A stretch of DNA of 58,000 nucleotides from Acidimicrobiales bacterium (GTDB taxonomy: Bacteria; Actinomycetota; Acidimicrobiia; Acidimicrobiales; CAIXPF01): NCBI GenBank assembly GCA_046153015.1, contig JBJXGF010000407.1:1-58000 (forward strand). Direction: 5' to 3'. Shown piece by piece: positions 34,179-43,600 of the stretch. Position 1 is the first letter of the stretch; the number at the start of each line of letters is the position of its first letter. Made by a program: the position numbers and the translations under genes. The notes beneath the pieces are model-generated. The model made no database searches. It worked only from the letters and a program-made list of their open reading frames with translations, and was not told the origin of the DNA.

Positions 34179-35397
34179 ACGAGATACCCAGCGCGGGCGG
34201 CTGCTGGAGGGGTACCGGGTGCTCGACCTGTCGCAGTACGTGGCCGGCCCGGGGGTGACCCGGATGATGGCCGAGCTGGGCGCCGACGTGATCAAGATCG
34301 AGACCGCGCCCGACGGCGACGCGGCGCGGCTGCTGCCGGTGGTGGTCGACGGCCGCTCCAGCCTGTTCGTGCACCAGAGCCGCGGCAAGCGCTCGGTGTG
34401 CGTGGACTGGTCGCAGCCTGAGGGCCTCGCCCTGATCCGGGAGCTCGTGCCGGCCTGCGACGCGGTGGTGGAGAACTTCGGCCACGGCGTGCTCGAGCGC
34501 CGTGGGCTCGATTACGAGTCGCTGCGGCCGCTGCGGCCCGACCTCGTGTACGTGTCGATCTCGGCGTTCGGCCGGCGCTCGCCGTGGGCGGACCGCCCCG
34601 GCTTCGACGGTGTGGTCCAAGCGTTCTCCGGGCTCATGCACATGGCCGGCGACCCCGACGGGCCGCCCCAGGCGGTGGGCTTCGCCATCGTCGACAACTC
34701 GGCCGCCGTGCACGCCTTCGCCGCCCTCGGCTACGCGCTGCTGCACCGGGAACGCACCGGGATCGGCCAGCACATCGACATCGCGATGGCCGACGTGATG
34801 CTGCACCTGCAGGAGGTGCTCCCCAGCTGGCACGCCAGCGGCGGGTCGTACGTGCCCAACCGGATGGGCCGCCAGCATCCGCTCGTGTTCCCCGTCGGCT
34901 TCTACGAGGCGCACGACGGCTGGTTCTTCATGCTCTGCCTCGACCGCCAGTGGCCGAACCTGTGCCGGGCGATGGGCCGCCCCGAGCTGGCCGAGGACCC
35001 GCGTTACGCCGAGGGGCCCTCTCGCGCCGCCAACCAGGCCGACCTCGTGCCGATCGTGCAGGCGTGGCTGCTGTCGTTCCCCGACGACGACGCGGCCCTC
35101 GCCGCCTGCCTCGAGCACCGGGTGCCGATCTCGAAGGTGAACTCGCCGGTGGACCTCGTGACCCACCCGCACTACCTGGCGCGCGACATGATCCGCTACG
35201 TGCCCGACCCGGTCCTCGGCGAGGTGCTGATTCCCGGGTTCCCGTTCAAGTTCGGCGCCGAGCCGCCGGCCGCCGAGCTGCACGCCCCGCTCCTCGGGCA
35301 GCACAACCGGGAGGTGCTGGGGGAGCTGCTCGGCTACGACGAAGCCCGCACGACTGCGCTGGAGAAGGCCGGGGTGCTCGTGACCGGGCCCCGCTGA
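34138..35397 (+). CDS. family III CoA-transferase (CaiB/BaiF), copy 3
   Basis: It has LEGYRVLDLSQYVAGPGVTRMMAELGADVIKIE. The N-terminal 12 residues are encoded by the third repeat copy. Confidence 0.85.
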   Translation: MSGANRPSGGERAERDTQRGRLLEGYRVLDLSQYVAGPGVTRMMAELGADVIKIETAPDGDAARLLPVVVDGRSSLFVHQSRGKRSVCVDWSQPEGLALIRELVPACDAVVENFGHGVLERRGLDYESLRPLRPDLVYVSISAFGRRSPWADRPGFDGVVQAFSGLMHMAGDPDGPPQAVGFAIVDNSAAVHAFAALGYALLHRERTGIGQHIDIAMADVMLHLQEVLPSWHASGGSYVPNRMGRQHPLVFPVGFYEAHDGWFFMLCLDRQWPNLCRAMGRPELAEDPRYAEGPSRAANQADLVPIVQAWLLSFPDDDAALAACLEHRVPISKVNSPVDLVTHPHYLARDMIRYVPDPVLGEVLIPGFPFKFGAEPPAAELHAPLLGQHNREVLGELLGYDEARTTALEKAGVLVTGPR

Positions 35398-35431
35398 CCC
35401 GCCGCTGACCCCGGGCGCGGCGCCAGGCGCC

Positions 35432-36256
35432 ATGCTCGCCGCCATGACCGACCGAGTCACGATCCAGATCGAGCGCGGCGTGGCCGACGTCCGCCTCAAC
35501 CGCCCCGAGAAGCTCAACGCGCTCGACCTGCCCATGTTCGCCGCGCTCATCGAGGCCGGCGAGGCGGTCGCCGCCGACCCCACCGTGCGCGCCGTCGTGC
35601 TCTCGGGCGAGGGGCGGGGGTTCTGCTCCGGGCTCGACTTCAGCGCGTTCCAGGCCATGAGCGGGGAGCGGCGCGGCGAGGGCGGCGGCGGGGTGGGCGA
35701 GAACCTGTTCGCCAAGCGCTTCGGCGTCGCCAACGCCGGCCAACAGGCCGTGTACGTGTGGAGCTCGATGGCGGCGCCGGTGATCGCCGCGATCCACGGC
35801 CCGGCCCTCGGCGGCGGCGCGCAGCTCGCCCTCGGCTGCGACCTGCGCATCGTGTCACCCGACGCCCAGCTCTCGATCCTCGAGATCCGCTGGGGCCTGG
35901 CGCCCGACATGACCGGCACCCAGACGCTGCCCCGCCTCGTGGGCCTCGACGTGGCGAAGGAGCTCACCTTCACCGGGCGGATGGTGAGCGGCGAGGAGGC
36001 GCTGCGCATCGGTCTCGCCACCCGGCTCTCGGAGCGCCCGCGGGACGACGCGCTCGCCCTGGCGCAGGAGATCGCGGCGAAGAACCCGCACGCCATCCGG
36101 GGGGCCAAGGCCCTGCTCGACCAGTCCTGCCGCGTGAGCCTCAGCGAGGGCCTGGCCGCGGAGGAGCGGACGATCAAGGCGCTGATCGGCAGCCCCAATC
36201 AGCGCGAGGCGGTCAAGGCGTTCTTCGACAAGCGAGACCCGGTGTTCGAGGACTGA
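35432..36256 (+). CDS. enoyl-CoA hydratase/isomerase (crotonase) family protein
   Basis: It has VADVRLNRPEKLNAL and the oxyanion-hole region LSGEGRGFCSGLD. An alternative ATG lies at 35444 (MTDRV). Confidence 0.9.
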   Translation: MLAAMTDRVTIQIERGVADVRLNRPEKLNALDLPMFAALIEAGEAVAADPTVRAVVLSGEGRGFCSGLDFSAFQAMSGERRGEGGGGVGENLFAKRFGVANAGQQAVYVWSSMAAPVIAAIHGPALGGGAQLALGCDLRIVSPDAQLSILEIRWGLAPDMTGTQTLPRLVGLDVAKELTFTGRMVSGEEALRIGLATRLSERPRDDALALAQEIAAKNPHAIRGAKALLDQSCRVSLSEGLAAEERTIKALIGSPNQREAVKAFFDKRDPVFED

Positions 36257-36291
36257 CCGAACGCGCGGCGACCCACCGGATCAGCTTCAGC

Positions 36292-37491
36292 TCAGAGGCC
36301 GAGGAGCTCGGCCAGGTTGGCGCGCATGATCCGTTCGACGTCGCCTTCGGACAGGCCGGACAGGCCCTGCGCGAAGTCGTTCGGCTCGGCCAGGCCCTCG
36401 GGGTGGGGGTAGTCGCTGCCGAACAGCACCCGGTCAGCGCCGATGAGCTCGACCAGACCGCGGATGTCCTCCTCGTGGAAGGGCGACACGTACACGTGCT
36501 CGCGGAAGATCTCGCTCGGCCTGGCCGGGAGCCGTCCGCCCGGCCAGGGCCCGCCCCGCCCCATGCCGACCATCTTGTCCATGAGCTTGAGCAGGTAGCC
36601 GACGAAGAGCGAGCCGTTCTCGACGCTGACCACCTTCACGTTGGGGAAGCGCCCGAAGAGGTTGCCGTAGATCAGGGCGGAGATCGTCTCCATGATCGGG
36701 CGGTCGCCGAAGCAGTGCGTCCACTGGAAGGCCGATTGGGAGTGGGTGGCCGGACGCGCCTCCTCGCCCCACGCCGCGGCTTCGCGCCGGTTGTAGCCGG
36801 CGTCGCCGACGTGGATCGCGCACAGGACGCGGGCCTCGTGCATGCGGGCCCAGAACGGGTCGAACACCGGGTCGGCGGGTGAGCGGCCATACGCCGGGCC
36901 GGCGGCGAGGTTCACCGCCCGGCAGCCGCGCGCGAGCGCCCACTCGAGCTCGGCGACGGCGACGTCGGCGTCGACCAGGCTGATGAGCGGCGTGCCGAAG
37001 AGCCGGCCGTCGGCGCCGAGGCCCCAGTCCTCGGCCAGCCAACGGTTGAACGCTCGGAAATTGGCGCAGATCGTGGTCTTGTCGCCCTCGAAGGCCGGCT
37101 CGACGGTGACCCCGGTGCTGGGGAACAGCAGCGTCGCCTCCACGCCCTGGGCGTCCATCAGCTCCAGCCGGGCGCCGCGCTCGAACCACGAGGGCTGCGA
37201 CGGGCCAACGGCGGGGTTGGTCTCGTCGAGCATCGCCTGGGAGACGCCCTGCTTCAGGTTGCGCATCATCTGACGCAGCGAGCCCGGCTGGGCGATGTTC
37301 CCGGGCAGGAAGAACCCTGTCGGGATGAGCGTGTGGACCGGCTTGCCGTCGATCACCGTGCACGGCGCTCCGTCGACCTCGCCGAGCCGGAACGCCAGGT
37401 GCGCCTTGTCGCGCTCGATGTGCCTGCTGAAGCAGTCCGGCGGCTCGTAATAGTGGTTGTCCGCGTCGACGCTGCGGTATCCGAGCTCCAC
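36292..37491 (-). CDS. amidohydrolase-2 family (ACMSD-like metal-dependent hydrolase/decarboxylase)
   Basis: It has an N-terminal VDADNHYYEP (HxH-equivalent) and a C-terminal VLFGSDYPHPEG. Confidence 0.8.
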   Translation of the reverse strand: MELGYRSVDADNHYYEPPDCFSRHIERDKAHLAFRLGEVDGAPCTVIDGKPVHTLIPTGFFLPGNIAQPGSLRQMMRNLKQGVSQAMLDETNPAVGPSQPSWFERGARLELMDAQGVEATLLFPSTGVTVEPAFEGDKTTICANFRAFNRWLAEDWGLGADGRLFGTPLISLVDADVAVAELEWALARGCRAVNLAAGPAYGRSPADPVFDPFWARMHEARVLCAIHVGDAGYNRREAAAWGEEARPATHSQSAFQWTHCFGDRPIMETISALIYGNLFGRFPNVKVVSVENGSLFVGYLLKLMDKMVGMGRGGPWPGGRLPARPSEIFREHVYVSPFHEEDIRGLVELIGADRVLFGSDYPHPEGLAEPNDFAQGLSGLSEGDVERIMRANLAELLGL

Positions 37492-37669
37492 GATGGTCCC
37501 CCCTTGCTCACCGGCCCCGCCACGCTAACCCGGCCGCCGCCGAGAGGCCTCGAACACCAAGCTGGGGAACGGCGGGGCACGCTGAGTGATCTGGCCCGCG
37601 GACGTGGATTCTGCAGCGCCGCTGCGTACCCTTGCCCCAGAATTTCACTCTTAGCGGTGGAGGCGCCAC

Positions 37670-38416
37670 ATGGCCCCAATGATCGGCGAGTTGACGCAAG
37701 CGCCTGGTCAGCTCCTCGTGAAAGGCGTCGAGCGGGTGATCGAGCTGCGCTACCCGGCGGCTCAGGACTTCGTCGAGCGCGCCCGGGCGCGACAGCCGCA
37801 AGCGACCCCCGCACAGATCGGCGCACTCGCTATCGCGCGGGCTGAGAAGGAGCTGATGACGCTGGGGGCCGCGTCCGGCGGCTCTGCCGCGGTGCCCGGC
37901 GCCGGCACCGCGGTGGCCATAGGGGCCATCGGCGCCGACCTCATTGCGAGCGGGGCCCGTCTCACCGAGATGACCATGCGAATCGCCGTGGCCTATGAGC
38001 ACCCGATGGAGGATCTCGAGGCGCGGCGAGCGGTCGTGCTCACGATCATGCTCGGCGGCGTGGGCGGTCAGAAGGTCGTGAACAAGGCCGCCGCAGAGCT
38101 GGGAAAGGGCCTGTCGAGCCAGGCGCTCAAGCACATCAGCGGCCAACAGCTCAGGGTGATCAATCGGTTCCTCGGGCGCACGATCATCACCAAATACGGC
38201 ACCAAGCGGGGGGTCATCTCGCTCGGTCGAGCGCTCCCCTTCGGCGTCGGCGCGGTGATCGGCGCGGGAGGCAACTACCTCGTCGCCCGCAGCACCGGCC
38301 GCTATGCCATCCGCTTCTTCGACGAGGGCGACTGGAGCGCCGACCCGGGCGAGGACGTGATCGACGTCGACGAGGCCGGCCTCGACGACGAGTCGGAAAG
38401 CCGCGACGCCGACTGA
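37670..38416 (+). CDS. hypothetical protein, possibly EcsC-like
   Basis: 248 aa with Gly/Ala-rich hydrophobic segments and an acidic tail (DVDEAGLDDESESRDAD). The EcsC assignment is from memory and is weak. Confidence 0.6.
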   Translation: MAPMIGELTQAPGQLLVKGVERVIELRYPAAQDFVERARARQPQATPAQIGALAIARAEKELMTLGAASGGSAAVPGAGTAVAIGAIGADLIASGARLTEMTMRIAVAYEHPMEDLEARRAVVLTIMLGGVGGQKVVNKAAAELGKGLSSQALKHISGQQLRVINRFLGRTIITKYGTKRGVISLGRALPFGVGAVIGAGGNYLVARSTGRYAIRFFDEGDWSADPGEDVIDVDEAGLDDESESRDAD

Positions 38417-38524
38417 AGCAAGACGGGCCTGCCACGCGCCAGGGTCGATGGTCCGGTCCCTCCTCAACATCGGGTACCTACCCTCCGCGCCGCCCTTGGC
38501 GCTGCGCTGCTCGTACCCTCGCGG

Positions 38525-40633
38525 GTGGCCGAGGCGAACATCTCGGGCTTGTTCGCGTCCAACGACGCGGCGGACATCCTCGTCGACACGTTCCGCTCCG
38601 ACGAGGCGTTGTTCGCCTATGTAGTGACCGACATCGTGGGCGGCGAGGTCTGCATCGTCGACGCAACGGTGGAGGACCCGGCTGCGGCGAGCTGCGACGA
38701 TCCGGCCTGGGGATCACCCAATCGGGTCTTCGGCATCGGCACGCTGCACACGCTGCTGGAGGGGCCGGGATTGGCGCCGGGCACCTGGAAGCTCCTGGGG
38801 ACGATGCCCAACGGCGCGCCCGGCGGGCGGGTGCTCAGCGCCCCCTTCACGGTCGTGCCGTGCGGCGCGACGTGCAACTACGAGTTGGGCGCAGCCGCGG
38901 CGGAGGCGTTCAAGGCGCCGGCTCGGCAGTTGGCCGCCGGCACCAAGGCGGCCTGCATCGGCTTCGGGGTCGCCGACTGGGTGGGCGGCGGGGTCGACGC
39001 CAGCGAGTACTGGGGTATGGCCAAGACGCTGCGGGGGACGGTCGACGACACCGCTGGCGCGGTGTCGGCCAGCGCCAGCCGGTCCCCGGGCGGTGGGACC
39101 GTGCTCGCCGTCGGCGCCGCGGCCTTCGGCCCGGTGCTGCTCGGTCTGCCGATGTCCTACAACGAGGCCGTCATCGACATCGGCAAGCAGCTTCTGTGCG
39201 CGCAGAACGAGATGTTCACCGACATCGTCAACGACCCGCCCCGGGCGGACTACACGGTGTTGCACGAACCTCGACCCCGGCCGATCGCGGAGACCTACAA
39301 CGCCCTCGGCAACGAATTCGTCGATTCCCTCGAGGCCACCCTGGCCGTCGACCGCGGGATGTTGATCACCTACGAGCGCTACCTGGGCGCCGTGTTGGCC
39401 GGCAATGCCGAATGGACGCGTCGCCAGGCGCAGCACCTGCACACCTTGAGCCTCGCCGCCGGCGACGCGATGCGGGCCTCGGCCGCCAAGCTGGCCGAGG
39501 TGTCCGCCGCGCTCGGGGCCAACCCCGAACCGCTCGCCCCCATGCTGACCGAGGCCGAGCTCGTGGAGCTCAAGGCCCTCGCCAACCGGGTCGCGACGGC
39601 TGGGCTGCTGCCCGAGGAGCTGGCATCGTTCGCCGCCGCCGGCGCCACAGAGGCCGAACGCGACCGGGTCGTGGCCGAGATCGTGGCCCTCGGGTCGACG
39701 CCGGACGCGGACTTCCCCGTCGGCCGCTCCCTCGTCGACATCGTCGACGCGCTGGCGGCAGAGCTGCGCTCGGCGTCCTACGAGTTCGAGCGTTTCGGCC
39801 GGTTCGCGTTCGCCGGCCCCGGCGCCGCCGCCGCGGTCAACCGGGCGCCGGTGGCCGGCCCCGACAACGTCACGACGTCGGAAGACGCCGACGTGGCGGT
39901 GTCCGTCCTCGACAACGACGTCGACCCCGACGGCGACGCCCTCACCCTGCTGGCCGTTTCACCCCCCACGCGCGGCAGCGCCGCCCTGCTCGGCAATCGG
40001 GTGATCTACACCCCGGCGCCCGACTCCTCCGGCGCCGATTCGTTCACCTACACGATCTCGGATGGGAACGGGCAGACGGCGACCGCGGCGGTGCTCGTCA
40101 CGGTCACGCCGCTGCCCGATACACCCGTTGCCCGCGACGACGACGTCCTCGGCAGCGTGGGTGTGGCCTCGCTGGTCGACGTGCTGGCCAACGACGCCGA
40201 CGCCGATGGGGAGCCGCTCGTCGTCACCGTGCTGACCCCGCCGGCCAGCGGGCTGCTGGAACCGGTCAGCAACGGCGTCTTCCGCTTCACCCCGGCCCGT
40301 CGGGGGGCAGCGAGCTTCACCTACCTGGTGACCGACCCGACCGGCCGCACCGCCACTGCGACCGTGCGCATCGCGTCGGGCAACACGGCGCCGGTGGCCC
40401 TCGACGACGTCGCGGCGACCGATGAGGACATCGCGGTCACGGTGGACGTCCTGGCCAACGACGCCGACGCCGACGGCGACCCGTTGACGATCAGCATCAC
40501 GTCCGCGAGCCGCGGGCTCCCCGTCGTCAACGGTGACCGCATCCTCTATGTCCCGGCGCCCGACTACGCCGGTGCCGACAGCTTCACCTATCAGGTCTCC
40601 GACGGTGTGGGACGTCGGCCCCGGCCACGGTGA
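38525..40633 (+). CDS. giant repeat protein, N-terminal fragment: unknown ~435-aa region plus three cadherin-like repeats (frameshifted gene)
   Basis: The repeats carry (V/L)xNDxDxDGDxL and FTYxxSDG motifs. The third repeat is cut mid-domain at ...FTYQVSDGVG and continues in the next ORF's frame. Confidence 0.75.
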   Translation: MAEANISGLFASNDAADILVDTFRSDEALFAYVVTDIVGGEVCIVDATVEDPAAASCDDPAWGSPNRVFGIGTLHTLLEGPGLAPGTWKLLGTMPNGAPGGRVLSAPFTVVPCGATCNYELGAAAAEAFKAPARQLAAGTKAACIGFGVADWVGGGVDASEYWGMAKTLRGTVDDTAGAVSASASRSPGGGTVLAVGAAAFGPVLLGLPMSYNEAVIDIGKQLLCAQNEMFTDIVNDPPRADYTVLHEPRPRPIAETYNALGNEFVDSLEATLAVDRGMLITYERYLGAVLAGNAEWTRRQAQHLHTLSLAAGDAMRASAAKLAEVSAALGANPEPLAPMLTEAELVELKALANRVATAGLLPEELASFAAAGATEAERDRVVAEIVALGSTPDADFPVGRSLVDIVDALAAELRSASYEFERFGRFAFAGPGAAAAVNRAPVAGPDNVTTSEDADVAVSVLDNDVDPDGDALTLLAVSPPTRGSAALLGNRVIYTPAPDSSGADSFTYTISDGNGQTATAAVLVTVTPLPDTPVARDDDVLGSVGVASLVDVLANDADADGEPLVVTVLTPPASGLLEPVSNGVFRFTPARRGAASFTYLVTDPTGRTATATVRIASGNTAPVALDDVAATDEDIAVTVDVLANDADADGDPLTISITSASRGLPVVNGDRILYVPAPDYAGADSFTYQVSDGVGRRPRPR

Positions 40634-43600
40634 GCCTCACCGTCCGAGCGGTGAACGACGCGCCGCAGATCCTCGCGCTCAACCGGACGGCCATCATCGG
40701 GCGGCCGATCCCGCTGGCGGTTTCCGTGACCGACCCCGACACCGCGGCCGAGCGGCTCACGGTCGGCGCCACAGCGGCCCATGGCTCGGTGTCGGGCGCG
40801 TACCCTGAGCTCACCTACACGCCGGGGCCGGGCTTTCGCGGTGACGACACGGTGACGGTGACCGCGTCCGACGGGCTCGTCACCTCCAGCGCCGAGGTCG
40901 TCGTCCGCGTGGTGACCGTGATCGACAACGGCGTCGTCCAGCTCGGCATCAACCCCACCGGTGAGCTCAACGTCGACAGCGGTGATCTCCTGCCCTCCCT
41001 CAACGGGACGAGCGCTGTCGGGCTGCGCTACCTGCCGACCACCGCCGAGGCCACCGCGCCCGGCTGCCTGTGCGAAGGCTGGGGCGTGGCCGACGCCACG
41101 AGCGGCGTGACCGGCTACGCCAATCAGTCAAAAGGCACGGCCAACATCACGCCGGTGTCGATGACGGTGACCTCCTCGACGGCGACTGTCGTGGTCCGCG
41201 TCGGCGACACGTTCCTCGTGACCCACCGCTACCGGCCGTCGACCGCCACCCCGAACCTCTACGAGGACGAGGTGACCATCGAGAACATCTCCGCCGCCCC
41301 GACCGAGGTCCGCTACCGGCGGGTGATGGACTGGGACGTCGAACCCACCGCCTTCACTGAGTACGTGACGATCGTCAAGGGCGACTCGCCGGAGCTGGTC
41401 TTCACCTCCGACGACGGCTTCGCCACCTCCGACCCGCTCGGCGGTCCGAGCTCGATCCGCTTCACCGGCGCCGCCGCCGACGACGGCCCCATCGACCACG
41501 GCGCGCTGTTCGATTTCGCCTTCGGCGCCCTGGCCCCGGGCGCGTCCCGGACCTTCGTGACGTTCTACGGCGCGGCAGGCAACGAGGCGGCCGCCCTGGC
41601 CGCGCTGCGGGCGGTGGGGGCGGAGGCCTACTCGCTCGGCCAGCCGTCCACGCCCGGCGGGGCCGACCTGGGCGAGCCGAACACGTTCGTGTTCGCCTTC
41701 GGGCGGGTCGGCGGCACGCCGGTGTTCAACCGGCCGCCGGTGGCCAACGCCGGCGCCGCCACCACGCCAGCCGGTGCGCCGACGCCGGTGCTGCTGAGCG
41801 GCAGCGACCCCGACGGCGACCCGCTCACGTTCGCGGTGGCGTCCGGCCCGGCGCACGGCGTCCTGTCGGGCACGGCGCCGGCGCTCGTCTACACCCCCGA
41901 CGCGGGCTTCTCGGGTGAGGACACGTTCACCTTCACCGCCTTCGACGGCGAGGTGCTGTCCGCGCCGGCCACCGTGCGTCTCACGGTCCGCCCCGCCGCC
42001 CCGCCGAACCGGCCGCCCGTCCTGGGCGACGATGCGTACACCGTGGCGGAGGACGCCGCCCTGATGGTTCCCGCCCCGGGCGTGTTAACCAACGACTCCG
42101 ACCCCGACGGCGATGCGCTCGCGATCACCGTCTGGGGCGCGGCCGCCCACGGCACGGTCGTCGGCGGCCCCGGCGGGTCGGTCACCTACAACCCGGCGGC
42201 GGACTTCCACGGCGCCGATGCCTTCACCTACACGGCGTCGGACGGTCATGGCCACACGGCCACCGCGACCGTGCGGGTCACGGTGACCCCGGTCAACGAC
42301 CCGCCGCAGGTCACGGCCAGCATCCCGGCCTCGGGGGTCGAGGGCACGCCCATCGCGGTGTCGGCGGCCGGCGCCGACGCGGACGCAGACGCGCTCACGT
42401 TCACCTGGTCCGTCTCCGGCGGCCCGTGCACGCTCACCCCGGTCACGGGGACGGCCGCGAGCCTGGTGTGCACCGACGACGCCGCCGCCGCGCTGGTGAC
42501 CGTCACGGCCTCCGACGGCCACGCGGCCACCCCGCTGACCCGGGAGGTGACCACCCGGAACGCGCCGCCGTCGGTCGCCGTGCGGCCGATCGCCGCTGGG
42601 GGGACCGCCCCGGCGCCGGTGACGGTGGAGGCGGTGGTCTCCGACCCCGCGCGGCCGACGTGCTGCGCTGTTCCATCGACTTCGGCGACGGCACGCCGGC
42701 CCACTCGGTGCTCCCGGCCGGGGGCGTCTGCTCCGCAACGGCGACGGTGCTGGCCGAGGGCCACCCTGACGGTCACCGACGACGACGGCGGTGTGGCCAG
42801 CGGGTTCGGCGACTTCCTCCTGCGTCAGGCCAACCGGCCGCCGACGGTGACGTTGAGCGGGCCGGCCAGCGGCGCCGAAGGCGCACCGCTGGCGGTGAGC
42901 GCGACCGTGGCCGACCTCGACCGTGATTTCGTGGCCGTCTTGTGGACGATGACCGCGAGCGGTCTCGACGCCGGCGGCGTCTGCACGTTGTCGGCCACGA
43001 ACGGTCTCTCGACGAGCGTCCGTTGCACCGACGACGCGACGGTCACGCTGACGGCGTTGGCGGGCGACGGGCAGTCGTCGACGAGCGCCACCACCACGAT
43101 CCTGGTGGGCGACGCGGTCCCGTCGATCGCGTTGGCGCCCGTGGCGATCTCCGGGCCGGCGCCGGCCGAGGTCACCGTCACGGCCGGCGTGAGCGACCCC
43201 GGCGCGAATGACGTGCTGTTCTGCCGGTTCGCCTTCAGCGACGGCGCCGTCCGGATCGCAGACGCGGCCTCCGGCGTCTGCCGGGCGACCGTTCCCGGCC
43301 TCGGCGCCGGCAGCTTCCGGGTCACGGTCACCGTGACCGACGACGACCACGAGTCAGCGACGGCGTCGAGCGAGTTCACCGTGGCGGCCCCGCCGCCGCC
43401 GTCGTCGTGCACGACCGTCAGCGGCGAGGCGTCCCTGGCGGGCAAGCCCTGGCGCCTCGAGGTGGAGAAGGGCCGTGGCGGCGCCCGTCGTGTGGAGGTG
43501 TACGGCCCCAGGCGCCAGCACTGGCACGGCCGGGTCGCCTCGACCACCGGGGTGGACACGACCGCCACCCTGACCACCGCGCCGTCGAAAGAGGGGACGG

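Noticed and set aside
40601-40633. Considered programmed -1 ribosomal frameshifting as the explanation for the split giant gene.
   Set aside because: There is no X-XXY-YYZ slippery heptamer at the junction. Three further frame disruptions in the same gene make mutational decay or base-calling error more parsimonious.
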